From Phoronis australis (lineage: Eukaryota > Animalia > Phoronida): a DNA stretch of 64,000 nucleotides. Shown in pieces: positions 13,185 through 24,787 of this stretch (positions are counted from its first letter, which is position 1; each line of letters starts with the position of its first letter). The notes under the pieces were generated by a model. It ran no database searches. It saw only the letters and a program-made list of their open reading frames with translations, and was not told the DNA's origin. A program made the translations under genes and the position numbers. The stretch spans positions 661,047-725,046 of the forward strand of contig NMRA01000196.1 of the NCBI GenBank assembly GCA_002633005.1, read 5' to 3'.

Positions 13185-13530
13185 TGTTTCATTGAAAAGT
13201 AAGATGTTTTTGGCTTTAATTAGTTTGTACAACAAACTTTCGTAGTGTCTACACGAGTGTCTTTCATCGAATGATATAATAAATCGACCAGTGTAAGTGG
13301 CATCACAAACACATATATATGAGTAAATATATAATAAAACTCTGTACAAATCATTTCATAACAAAACAGTAGCGGTACTTTGACTATACATCAGTCATCA
13401 AAGACAAATAAATTTAAAAATCATAAACGCTATCGTGTAAGATACATGAAACAAGAACAATGACATTAAACACGAATATAAGGTTGCATACATAAGAGCG
13501 CAATTACAGAAGGAATTGTCATGGAAACTA
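13185..13530 (-). repeat. 5' pseudo-LTR of the Penelope-like element
   Basis: Direct repeat of 10493-10812 with small indels. Confidence 0.88.
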
Positions 13531-13690
13531 ATGTAGATTCAATTTCATTTAAGCAAAAAGGGCACAATGAGCTATCAGTCGTGTATAAAAATTCATAACA
13601 ACCTATTATTCTATGAACCAGCCGAAACTGGAACCATCTCAGAGAAGCATCTTCGGTGAATGAATAGATGTAAGAAAAAACATTGTAACG
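13531..13690 (-). mobile_element. L1/Tx1-like ORF2 C-terminal zinc-binding (zf-RVT-like) fragment
   Basis: EDASLRWFQFRLVHRII...CPFCLNEIES within ORF 13466..13771; absent from the paralogous copies. Confidence 0.7.
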
Positions 13691-14220
13691 CAGTAAGACT
13701 TGTTGTGCGTTGTAAACATGAAATTGTTGAATGATTATTGGTAATGTTTCCAACGAATTAATTGGTGTCATAATATGTTGACATTAAGTACCAGTATCAA
13801 CCGTCGCTAAGACATGCTGGTCAATGCTACATTGTTCAATAAACCAGAATGCACCGGAGTGTCAGAGTTTTTGAAACAGCAATTTTTAGATCTCAATTCA
13901 AACTTTACCTCGTTTGAATGAGCTTGATTCACCTAGAACTTGAAACTGAAGCTACTAAGAGCTCCAAACTTTGCACAAAAAATCATTGGGCCTAGAACAC
14001 CGCTATAAAATTGGCATCAAAGTAATCCTTCCTCAGAATGGATCTCTGGTGTTGAGAAGAATCGACAATATGTTATTACTGAAGACCGTGGGTCTGTTGC
14101 ATGAAATATCATCAATAACATTTTCTAATAAAAAATCCACATGAGCCGTCACAGAGTTGTCTGAAAAATTACCAGTGGATTCATATCCACCTCAAACGGC
14201 AGCAACCGCTTTAATAAACC

Positions 14221-14473
14221 CATGCGCGCACCCAGGGGGAGGCTCGAATGAGCCCCCCATTTTGCGAAATGGGCAAAAAGGTTCGCTTCTGAGAAGCAAA
14301 AAGTCCGAGAAAACGCGACAAAAGTCCACAGGAATTCGGCGCAAATGCACATTTCATAGGTCTGAACGTAGTTCTCTGTTATTTTTTTGTTTTTTATTCC
14401 CGTTTTTCTCAGTTAATTTTCCACGTACTCCAAAATTCGAGCGCCACTATATTTTAGGCTGGGTGCGCGCATG
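14221..14473. mobile_element. MITE with perfect 15-bp TIRs CATGCGCGCACCCAG
   Basis: catgcgcgcacccag...ctgggtgcgcgcatg; flanks taaacc / tgaacc look like a TSD; orthologous copies at 35952-36179, 56575-56830 and 60075-60331. Confidence 0.8.
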
Positions 14474-15259
14474 TGAACCCATTGACCCGCCTGTCTATTT
14501 TATAGCTTCTGAAATTTATAGTTGAAATATCCAAACATTTCAGCTTAAAATGACCTGTTTTGGTAACTGGACTATTCCGTGTAGATTAGGTAGTAATATT
14601 CGATATCCTGTTGGCATGTATTATATTTGTCCCCCAATCCAAAAATATAATTTTTAGAGAAATGAACCCCCGTCGTGGGAGCACTCGTTTTGTCGTATCA
14701 CCGAATTTAACTACCCAAACTCATACTAAGTTATTTGTAAGGATACAGAAAGCTGTAAAAATGAATCTTGAAATTTATAGACGATGAATAAAAGTTACAA
14801 CAATGAAAGTCTGGTCTTCTTTGATGTCGTGCATAGAAATTCAACTTAAAATGTGCCTTTTTTGATTCTCAAGTGTCAAGAACTTGTTGTTATTGCTTAA
14901 TAATATCAAATACGAACAGAGACTGAAAGTATTTAATTGGCAGTGGAGACGTTTTTTACCGTGCAGAATAATTTTGTTTACGGTTACCGTTGTTTTGCTC
15001 TCAGACTGGTTGGTTGTATCAGAGTTCTCATCAGACTCTTACTGCAGAAGATAATTTCAGCAAGTGACACCTTGTGGCGCTACAGTCGTAGAACTTCATG
15101 TTCATGGAAATATGACTGTAAACTTCAAAAGGTATTCTCCATGAAAATGCTTGCAAGTAGAGGTCTTTATCAAAGTGGCAAGCTGCACATCAAGTGCAGC
15201 TGAGCATTTACCATCTACATGTACCTATATTGTGAGTGAGCCAGTTTTTAATATGAACT

Positions 15260-15720
15260 CATCCTGGCCGGAATGGGCGTCATTGCTCGGTGCACAGATG
15301 CACAATTATCATATATATTGATCACATCCTCGGAAGAAGTAAATGCTCCGACTTGGGCATTGACGGACACACGAGTGATCTAGTCAGGGAGACTGCACTG
15401 GGTGTCTGCCCCAAATGCTTCTGATGAAGAGAGCTGCCGGGTCACGGTCCACTTCTAGTGAAATTGAGTCTAGGTGGGCGCTACACCAAGGCAAACGGAG
15501 CTCCTTCCCATGACGTGGAAATATTCTTGATCGAAAGTTGGCAGCTGGACAAAGAACTGTTGTCAAGTGTACCCCTGCAGTCGTGGCTAAAGAAATGAGG
15601 TTACATAACAAGAATGGCCAGAAAGAAAACGTTTTAAATGAGGCGTACGTCTGGCTGAAAGAGGCCCATGTATATGAGTGGCTTGTTTTCTTGCATGGGT
15701 GCCTCCTCTCAAGCTGACAA
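15260..15720 (+). pseudogene. Degenerate DNA-transposase C-terminal relic (Sola3-like)
   Basis: RWALHQGK...KLAAGQRTVVKCTPAVVAKEMRLHNKNG...WLK..ISGLFS resembles the GWAL..G..TG.K..P..VA..MR..QI..FFS signature I recall for Sola3-type proteins; partial copies at ~36465-36600 and ~60615-60760. Confidence 0.4.
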
Positions 15721-17904
15721 ATTCAAACTATTACATGAGTTCTGGAAGACCTCGATTAATACCCCGCCCGTTCTACTGAGAAGGTCTGTCAACACCTTTT
15801 TCTGTTGGTTGAATGTCGAATTTTAAACATCCACATTTTTCTTAATGATGTATGTTAATGAATTTTGATTTGTTCGAGAATTTATATCCTCATGAGTTTA
15901 CTCTTCTGTTAAACGAAGGAAAAATAGACAAAATATTTGTACGTTTAATCTTGGATACCATAGCGATTGAAATTTTTAGAATCTCTTTTTCGGTCAAACT
16001 CAAGGGGAAAGCATTAGATTCCGACAGAATATTCATCAGATAACGACAGACAGCACAATGTACATTTTCTTAAAATTACAGTTACACATATTTGAGAAAT
16101 ACCAAGGTCATTTCATTTTACAATTACATCATCCACCATTTTTACATATTGCAAGCTCATACCATAACACTTCACATGATCACAAACCTCTGTTGCAAGG
16201 ATTACTGTTCCATATAGAATGTCATACCTGTAAACGTTTGAATGCAGACATAACGATCATTACCTGGATGCTCATGTTCACGTAAATGGTGGTAGGAAGT
16301 TTAATACAAGGGGTAGATTTGTACTTTTACACCAATTATATGAGAATTATCTAACAAAGGCAGGTTTTTCTATTCAAAGTAATCCATGTCATAAATGACA
16401 AAATATGTTAATGCACTCAGGATTCTATCCCTGGGGCCGCTCAAGCAAACATTGCTAACAGTTCTTTAGGCAAAAACCTATATGTCGCTGAACTAACTAC
16501 CCAAGTCTTAGAAAATATCACAAATAAGAGACGATTTCATAAGGCATACCTAAGCCCGATGAAAAGCAAAAGTTACATGTATATGGTTCCTCGTTACATG
16601 CTACACTCTCATACAGTGTATTATAGGGATTGTTTTCAGTAACACTCTTTATGAGTATAATCGCGTTTAGTAATTTGTTTAGGGACCAAAGTTGCCCCGG
16701 TACTGTTCTCATACCTTTCGCGAAACTGCGCCATCATTATCACTTTATAATGAATGTTGTCACCAGACTACATAGAAAACAGAAGGGGGGATAACGGCTA
16801 GCATCCAGCTCCCCCCTCCCCCCTTCCCCGGCTTCCGATGGTACTACAACCATCTAAACTAAAGATGGATTCAATTCCACTTAATGCATACCAATTCTGA
16901 TGTTTGTAGTACTTTCATAAAACAATTGCGTAATCACTGAATCTGAGTAGCCAAATAGTGCAACTCAGTAAATGTACATGTTAACCACTAAGTGTTGAAA
17001 ATTCGTGAAAATGTTCTGTTTTTGAAAAGCCAGTACTTAAATTATAAAATGTCTATCTTTCATATCAATCGCGTTCCTGTATCTTGACGTCTGATACATT
17101 CAAAGAAAGAAAAATCATGGTTATTCCTTACTTTTAAGATGTAGTAATATTCTTGCAAAGTTGGCAGATTTTTTACTGAAATAAGTATCAAAAAACCCAT
17201 TTTGGCAAGATCAGCATCAAACAAAAACGAGGCTTGCGTCAGAAAAATCAAATTTGACTTAGCCTAGTGCATATCTAGGGGTAGCCCATGCTCTCATAAA
17301 CTATCAGGAAAATCTGTGACGGTCGATGTAGAACCGCCCATAGGTGCTCTTAGAAATTGCTACTTAAGACTTAACACAGAAATTTAGTTTACGCTCCCAT
17401 TTCACAATTGTTGGATGAATGTTTAACCAATTAAGCGCATCACGGTCTAAAAATAATTAAAATTATGAGTAATGAGGAAGTCAAGGCTAGTTGTATATCC
17501 TTCGGCGACCACGGGAAACCAGTGATATAGCCCTTGTTTACGTCTATAGGTGGAACCCTTGTTCGCACTCTACATAACGCATTTCTTGTTTGCTTCGCAA
17601 CAAATTCACACACAACCTGTAGTCCAAGAAATACTGAAAGCATACACTGATGGGATTCAGGATGGCGAAGATGGCGGTCATTTTGTATTCGAATTCAGGA
17701 CTAGAGACTCGTAGTGACAGATTTTTCGGAAGTCATTTACTTCTAGTTAAACATGACGGAAATATCGGCCATTGCGCATGGACGCTTCGATTTCTGGTCG
17801 AAAACGTGTTATGTAGAGGGCACATTGTGCGTGAAACTGCACGTGAGATTGAAACATTCAAGTCAGCGCTTTTTTCAGATGATAGAAGTCTTTTCTTATT
17901 TTAG

Positions 17905-17985
17905 GATGCTTTTAGTTATGCAGACAAGAATAAAGACTGAAATGTTAATTTCCGGGATCTTCTTGACGTACAGCGTTCATATCTA
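17905..17985 (+). pseudogene. Pseudo-exon of EF-hand gene copy B (DAFSYADKNKD*NVNFRDLLDVQRSYL)
   Basis: Homologous to 302-399; GGA>TGA at 17938-17940; loop Glu12 changed to Asp; exon end and donor lost at the foldback insertion. Confidence 0.9.
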
Positions 17986-18413
17986 GCCCAAGAGTCACGA
18001 ATTTTTGTCCAACCGGTTGGCTAGGAGTCGACGACCGGCCGTCGACCGATTGGCAAATTAGCCGACCGGTAGGCTAAAAATTAGCCGACCGGCAGCCGGC
18101 CGCAGTGCCGACTCATATGGCGACTCCCCAGCCGACCCTTCAGCCGACCCTTCAGCCGAATATGCATCGACACGCAAAGCGGTATCAGCCTGACAACCTA
18201 TTACGCAACTGCTAATCTAGCCTAAAAATAGCAGCCGACCAGTTGGTTGGCTGATGGCCGGTCGGCTGAAGGGTCGGCTGGGGAGTCGTCTTATGAGTCG
18301 GCACTGCGGCAGGCTGCCGGTCAGCTAATTTTTAGCCTACCGGTCGGCTAATTTGCCGTCCGGTCGACGACTCCTAGCCGACCGGTCGGACAAAAATTAG
18401 TTTGGATCTTAAG
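17986..18413. mobile_element. GC-rich palindromic foldback / MITE
   Basis: Long imperfect inverted arms (aatttttgtcc..ggctaggagtcg versus cgactcctagcc..ggacaaaaatt) built of repeated agccgacc motifs; absent from copies A and C. Confidence 0.85.
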
Positions 18414-19535
18414 ATTAGTATAAGCACATAAGCTAAAGCGGAAAAAGTTTAGAATTGAATTCTCTGCAGGACCAAAATTATAGCGCCAGAACCCATAACT
18501 TTTCACGTTTGGACCAAATATCAACACGCCTTGACCGAAAATTCAACAAGCCAGGACAAAAAAATTGATTGCACCAGGACATAGAAGTTCATTCCAGGAG
18601 AAAATTTCTTGCCACGTTAATATTTCATGGCAGGAGAAAATTTCTTGCCTGGAGAAAATACCCATCCGGGTGAACATTTCATGCCAGACCACGTTACAAT
18701 GGCAATCCGTTATGTCTGTAATAATCAGCCGTTTCCAAGCTTAGTGTGTCCAAGTGTACATTGTTTTCTATTGTAAAACTTGGAAGAAACGACAGAAATT
18801 CAACTTCATTGATAATAGGACGTCGGCGAGCCATTTTGTTCCTATCGCGCCATCTCTTTGGGGGATCACGTGCTTGTAGAAGGGACGTGATCTCCTGGCA
18901 TGAAATTTGCCTGATGTGAAAATTTCTGACGTGTGAAATTTTCCTGAGCTAATACATTTTGTGTCCAGGCGTGATAAGTTTTGATTTGAGTATGTTTTTG
19001 GTCCTGCAGAGTTAATCCTTGAACAGAAATTATGTGTCCTGGAATTTTTACCGGTTTGGATTTCGAAACCTTTCATTGCTCTCTCTGTGGTGCAACATGG
19101 CGCAAAGGTGAGAAGGACCTTTCTCGTAAGATTTGGAGCACTCACCGTTTGACAGAGAAAAACGTGTTTGCTTACGTTGCAAAAGTATTGTTTTGAACAT
19201 ATATGTATACACAATCCATCACGTTTTAAATGATAAGAATCCGTAGAAGGAAGGACTCACGTTTTCATGAAACCTACGTTGACAACTTTAAAGCCGCCAA
19301 GATTGAGCAATTCGAGCGGTTTCCTTATCGAACTTGGCCGCAATAATCAAAGACACCGTGTAGTTGTTATTATGTCGTCTCAGGCTGCTGTTGTTATCGT
19401 TCTCTAAACTCGGGCATCAGTAGACAAGAATTTTTTTAATTTTTTGATTTGAAAAAGAGCTAAATAGCACATTTGAATAGATCATGAAAAGCAAACGTGG
19501 ACAGGTCTTTGAATAAAAAACATGACTTTTCAGGG

Positions 19536-20221
19536 TGTCACGTTTTTCCCCGTGTGTGGGTGGGCGCAGGTTGTTACAGACCAGTGCTAATAGCTCTCGG
19601 TGCGTTGATTGACTGAAGACTGGTTCGAGTTAATCCTTTATTAATCCCGACCTTAAGTTCACAAGCCTACTCAAACAAAACGTCCGACGTAATGTCTGTT
19701 TTTGCTCCAGCCAGTGCTGCGAAGCCTTGACTTGTGATGAACTTCTGAGACACATTCAGCAACTGTTACACTCGTCTATTCAATAACCTGCTGTCTATAT
19801 AGCTGGCTCTCTATTGACTATCGCTGTAACTGCTGATTTTCTTCACTGCAACTCAACAGTAATTCTCCTGATTAACTGTCTTGAACTGACTTGATCTCCC
19901 TTGAACTGACTTGATCTGACTAACACAAACCCGTGCTTGTGTATTTATAGCCTCATGCATTGTTCTGGAGCTTTTCATCAACTCAAGCACATTCTGGAAC
20001 TTTCCTGAATCTACCCACCCATTCTACAAACATATACTAGTCTCTAGAATATTCCAGACTGCATTAATCACTGTCATGCTAGAGTTTTCTAGAAAGTTCC
20101 ACACTATACTGTAGTAAACAAATTACATTATCACTGCACTTAACTCAGGGGTCATGAAAATTAAACAGAATAACAAAACAAAACAATACAACTAAAAATA
20201 CTGTCAGACCATACTCTGACA
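19536..20221 (-). repeat. 3' LTR (TG...CA, 686 bp)
   Basis: tgtcacg...ctctgaca; direct repeat of 24788-25448. Confidence 0.92.
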
Positions 20222-20235
20222 ACACACCCCTGCCA
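20222..20235 (-). other. Polypurine tract
   Basis: Minus strand reads tggcaggggtgtgt immediately before the 3' LTR. Confidence 0.6.
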
Positions 20236-20339
20236 AAGAAAAAATTACTCTATAATTTTCTAACACAAAATCATCTAGCAGATATATATAATCTCTATAT
20301 CCGCCGCTAATGTGCTTCTTGACTTGCAGGCTCTGCTAG

Positions 20340-21710
20340 TCGACTTAAATAGTCTGCATCGACGTTACATTTTCCAGGGATACCCTCCACATGGAATTTA
20401 TAATTCTGCAGCGCTATAGCCCATCGCATAACCCTGGGACTTCTATTTTACAACGCTGATTATAAACCAATGGTTTATGGTCTGTTTGCACCACGAATTC
20501 AGTCCCGTAGAGATAAAACTTAAAGCGTTTAACAGCGAACGCTATTGCTAAACACTCTTTCTCTTCTGTGAAGTAATGCCGCTCGCTCTCTTTAAGCTTT
20601 CGGCTGGCATACGCAATAGGGAATATCCCATCCTCAAACTCCTGCAGTAAAACTGCCCCTAAACCATCGTTAGATGCGTCCGTCCTGACGATGAATCTCT
20701 GTGTGAAGTCTGGTACTCGTAGGGTCGGGCTGCTTCCAAGCGCTTGCTTTAACTTCTTGAATGCCTGTTCATGAATATCGGTCCACACGACTTTCTTTGG
20801 TAGGCCCTTCTTCAGAAAATCCGTCAACGGTGTGGTTATCTGTGCATAGTTGGGCACAAACTTTCGGTAGTACCCTGTAAGTCCTAGGAATGACCGTACC
20901 TCAGTTTTTGTAGATGGTGTTGGTGCATCCTGGATCTTCATTAGCTTTTGGTCATCCATAGCTATCTGGTTCGTCCCAAACTGATGCCCAAGGAACTCCA
21001 CCTCTGGATATCCGATACTGCACTTTGACAGTTTTACTGTCAAGCCTGCTTGCTTTACCCTCTGAAACAAGACCCTCAGGGTATGGAGATGTTCCTCCCA
21101 GGTGACAGTGTGGAGTAGCACATCGTCGACATACTGCTCGATATTACCTGAGCCTGCTAGCATTTTTCTCATCATCCTGTTGAACGTGGCCGCTGAATTC
21201 ACCAAACGGCATTCTGCAGAACTGATAACAGCCTCCTGGAGTCACAAATGCGGTTTTCTCTTTACTAGCTTCACCCATGGGAATTTGCCAGTAGCCCTTC
21301 GTGAAGTCGAACTTCGAGAAGAAACGTTGACCATGCAGATTAGCCATAATAGCTTCTGGGTTACCCATGGGCTCGTTGTCAAACTTCCTCACTGCATTTA
21401 GCCGTCGGTAGTCAACACAGAACCTTGTGGTTCCGTCCTTTTTAGCCACCAACACTACAGGAGAACTGTAAGCCGAAGTGGAAGGCTCAATTATGTTCAT
21501 CTTTAACATCTCCTGCACTTTCTTCTTCAGTAGGTCCTGAATAGTGTACGGCATCTGACTTGGCCTCAATCTCACTGGTTGTACTGTCGTCAGTTCGATG
21601 ACGTGGCTGGCCAAATCTGTCTCTCCAGGCTTATTAGTGAAGATACCACGGTAGCAACGTAGGAGCTGTAGGGCCTGTTCACGCTGCTCTGTCGTCAAGG
21701 TATCATACAT
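20340..21710 (-). pseudogene. pol: Reverse transcriptase-RNase H of the Gypsy element (frameshifted)
   Basis: ORFs 21144..21710 (SPVVLVAKKDG, FCVDYRRLN, DFTKGYWQI) and 20414..21205 (YVDDVLL, RSFLGLTGYYRKF, TDAS); shifted C-terminus reads NVDADYLSR. Confidence 0.92.
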
Positions 21711-23110
21711 CCTTATAGGTCTCGTTGTGCACCTCCGGCCGAAGCTCTAAACCGCCTTCATCAAGAAGGGTCGCTTCGTCAGTCACACACTCTTCAATCA
21801 ACACTGCACCGATTGCTTCATCTTTACTTGTGATGTTGTCATCTTCGCGTTCGTGATACGCCTTCAACAGATTGGCATGAAAGATCTTTATCTTGCCGTT
21901 CATGTTGATTTTGTAGTCCATGCGATTGACTTTTTCTGTAACCTCATAAGGCCCCTTCCACTGCAGAGTAAGCTTGTTGTGTTCTGTGGGAAGTAATACC
22001 ATTACTCTTTGTCCCACTTGAAACTGCCTACATGTATCTCTGGCCTTCTTGTCGTAGTAATGCTTATGAATACCTTGTGCATTGTACAAACTTTTTCTAG
22101 CCAACTCGCAGGTCTCCTCTAAGCGGTTCCTGAGCTCGAAGACATACTGGTATGTATTGCGAACTTCGTTGCTGTCTTCCCCAGTCCAGAGTTCGCTCAG
22201 TATTTGCATCGGACCTTTTACTGTCCTGCCGTATAAGAACTCAAAGGGTGAAAATCCTGTGCTTGATTGCAGGACTTCACGGTAAGCAAACAGGACAGCT
22301 GGCAGATACCGGTCCCAATCCTTTTGTCTATCTTGACACATTTTCTTCAGTATGGCCTTTAGAACACCGTTGATTCTCTCACAGAGCCCGTTACAGCGTG
22401 GATTGTAAGGGGTCGTGTACAGCAGCTTTGCACTCAGAAGCCTGCTGACCTCCTCCATCAGTTCCGCTGTGAACTGCGTTCCACGTTTGCTCAGGATCTC
22501 TCGTGGGAACCCTACTCTACTGAAGACTTCTAATAATGCTTCAGCCACACGCTCTGTCTCAATCTTCGGTAGCGCCACTGCTTCTGGATACCTGGAAGCG
22601 AAATCTACCACAGTGAGAATTTACCTGTTTCCTTTGTCGGAAACAGGAGCTATAGGGCCAATCAGATCGATCGCGATCCTTTTGAAAGGCTCCTCCACCA
22701 AAGGCATCTCTCCCAGGGGTACCTTGGTCACTCGACCTTTCGGGATTGTCTTCTGACAGATGTCGCATGATCTGCAGAGTCGGGTCACTTCTGATGCCAC
22801 TCCTGGCCAATATAAATTGCTGGTGATACGGTCAGTTGTCTTCCTAACACCGAGGTGACTCATGAGCAAGCCTCATCACGGACTTCTGTAAACTGCTCTG
22901 CACGACAACTTGTTTAACCTCGTCACCGTCTTTCTTTTTGAACATCCGATAGAGTATTCCCCGCTGAACCTCCATCATGTATGACCCCTTGTCTTTGGTC
23001 TGTCGCTGAACTTTGGCTTCAGCTTGCTCCCATAACTTTTTCGTTGATGAATCTTCATGCTGGGATTCCTTGAACTGCTTTAGTCCCACCTCTTGCATAG
23101 TCGGAGACAC
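21703..23110 (-). pseudogene. pol: Integrase of the Gypsy element (HHCC plus DDE core), frameshifted
   Basis: AHES..HLGVRKT..CRSCDIC; IAIDLIGP; YPEAVAL; GTQF; TPYNPRCNGLCER; WKGPY. The second core Asp appears mutated (LSKRGTQF). Confidence 0.92.
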
Positions 23111-23278
23111 AGCTAACGGCTTACTGTCCGCTTTTTATCGCTCTGCTTGAGCCCTGGTAGTCACAGCTACCGCTTCCCTGCTGGATTAATCAGGATCTGT
23201 TTCTACCGACATGTCGGCCAGCTCTTCTCCCTCTAGAGTTGAGGTCACTTGCTTCTTCTCTTGAGAAGTAGTACCTTC

Positions 23279-24712
23279 TTAAGAGTCATCTTTCGGACCC
23301 TCCACAAGGCTATTGCCTGTGCTGTCCTCGTTGGCAGTTAATGTTCTCTGCTGTCGCTCAACATCCCCTGGGTTCAAGGCATCAGGTACGTTCCCGATAA
23401 TCAAATCGGCCACTGGACGCTCCATGCACATTGCAAACACTTCTCCCGTGTAGTACGGTGTCTTAATGTTGATCCTGGCGACAGGAAGCCACCTCTTGGT
23501 AGAGTCCGCCAACTCACATGACCACTTCCGGCAGGTCATATCTCCTGGTTCGACTAGACTGGACCAAACCACAACGGTCGTGCAGCCTGTGTCTCTCAAT
23601 ACTGAGACCTTCTTTGTGCCAACATACCCCTCCTTAAGACACAGCCATCCTCTGACGGAGCGTTCATGGTTACCACACTTCATCGAATCCTCCTTATACT
23701 GTGAATCTCGGTGGTTGACCGCTGCTGACTTTTGGTGTTGCATCCCTTGTATCCGCTTCCGACATTCTCTAGCCAGGTGTCCAGTTTTGTGACAGAAGAA
23801 ACATCTTTCCTCTCCGAGGTCAGTTTTCTTCTGGTCGACTCTCTGGTTGCCTGTCTTGACTGGTCGTTCTTGGGATTTCTTCGAGTGAGTGCTCGTTATA
23901 TCCAGTCCATGGGCCTCAATATACCTATCTGCTAAGCCCACCATCTCTGGAACAGTCTTGGGTGTCCGCTCTCGCAGGAACAAGGCCAAGTCTTTAGTAC
24001 AGGTGTTAACGTACTGCTCACGCACTAACAGGTCTCTCAAATCGGTAAAGTCTTTGCCACAGTCGGACATGTCGATCCACCTGTCCAGATAGCGCTGTAT
24101 GCGGGCCACAAACTGATAAGCCGTCTCACCCCTTTCAGCCCTCGCTTCTTGGAACTGTCTGCGAAAGCCCTCCTCGGTCAGCTCATAGCGCTTTAGCAAG
24201 GCTCTATTGAGCGTAGCATAGTCCAGTGCATCAGCCATAGGAAGGTTAGTATAAACCTGCAGGCCCTTACCTGTTAACAGGGGACTGAGACTAATTGCCC
24301 ATTCACTCTGTGTCCAGCCATGACTCTCTGCGTATCTTTCAAACCTTTCCAGGAAGTTGTCCATATCGTCCTGCTTTTCGTCAGACTTAGGTAGCTTTGG
24401 CTTTACACCACCAGTTGATCTAACATGGCTACCCTCCGCTGCAACCTGTTCAGCTTTCAGTCCTGCTAGCGCCCTCTCGTGTTCTATTCTTTCTCTCTCC
24501 ATCTGCTGTTCGGCTTCACGGGCTTGCCTCCTCTCCTCTGCCTCAGCCTCTCGCGTGTGTCTTCTCTCCTCGGTCTCACGAGCAGCCTTAGCCTCAGCCT
24601 GAGCACGCGCTTCAGCTTGTTGTTTTTCAACAAACTGTCTGAGATTGTCTCCCTGCAGACCCGTTTCTTGTCCGAGGGCCATCAACTCTTTTAGTTGAGA
24701 TCTTGTCTCCAT
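23279..24712 (-). CDS. gag: Gag (SCAN-like capsid region plus CCHC knuckle) and aspartic protease
   Basis: 477-aa ORF; FLERFERYA, LLVREQYVNTC..FLRERTPKT..LADRY, CFFCHKTGHLAREC, LRDTGC. Confidence 0.9.
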   Translation of the reverse strand: METRSQLKELMALGQETGLQGDNLRQFVEKQQAEARAQAEAKAARETEERRHTREAEAEERRQAREAEQQMERERIEHERALAGLKAEQVAAEGSHVRSTGGVKPKLPKSDEKQDDMDNFLERFERYAESHGWTQSEWAISLSPLLTGKGLQVYTNLPMADALDYATLNRALLKRYELTEEGFRRQFQEARAERGETAYQFVARIQRYLDRWIDMSDCGKDFTDLRDLLVREQYVNTCTKDLALFLRERTPKTVPEMVGLADRYIEAHGLDITSTHSKKSQERPVKTGNQRVDQKKTDLGEERCFFCHKTGHLARECRKRIQGMQHQKSAAVNHRDSQYKEDSMKCGNHERSVRGWLCLKEGYVGTKKVSVLRDTGCTTVVVWSSLVEPGDMTCRKWSCELADSTKRWLPVARINIKTPYYTGEVFAMCMERPVADLIIGNVPDALNPGDVERQQRTLTANEDSTGNSLVEGPKDDS

Positions 24713-24767
24713 ATTGAGTCGCTAATTCCAACAGTCCACTTTATCACACTTTGTTACCGTCAGTAAG

Positions 24768-24785
24768 CTCCTGGCGTGCTCGCCA
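24768..24785 (-). other. Primer-binding site, tRNA-Arg-like
   Basis: Minus strand TGGCGAGCACGCCAGGAG begins 2 nt from the 5' LTR; the plus strand matches the recalled tRNA-Arg(ACG) 3' end CTCCTGGCTGGCTCGCCA at 16 of 18 positions. Confidence 0.75.
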
Positions 24786-24787
24786 AT

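Larger units (their letters stand above)
10493..13530 (-). mobile_element. Penelope-like retroelement (RT plus C-terminal GIY-YIG), probably Naiad-type, inactivated
   Basis: Fragments LLFNETCIKEGLLPKYT; YLYGDPKTHK..PLRPIIS; SLDVESLFTNVP; GVSMGSHLAPTFADFYM; YCRYVDDIF; LPFLDVLI; TTCTLSRRLSMHLQNGSIKDH; LKILEALIIK..PDLNSQ. Contains frameshifts and stops; direct terminal repeats. Confidence 0.92.
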
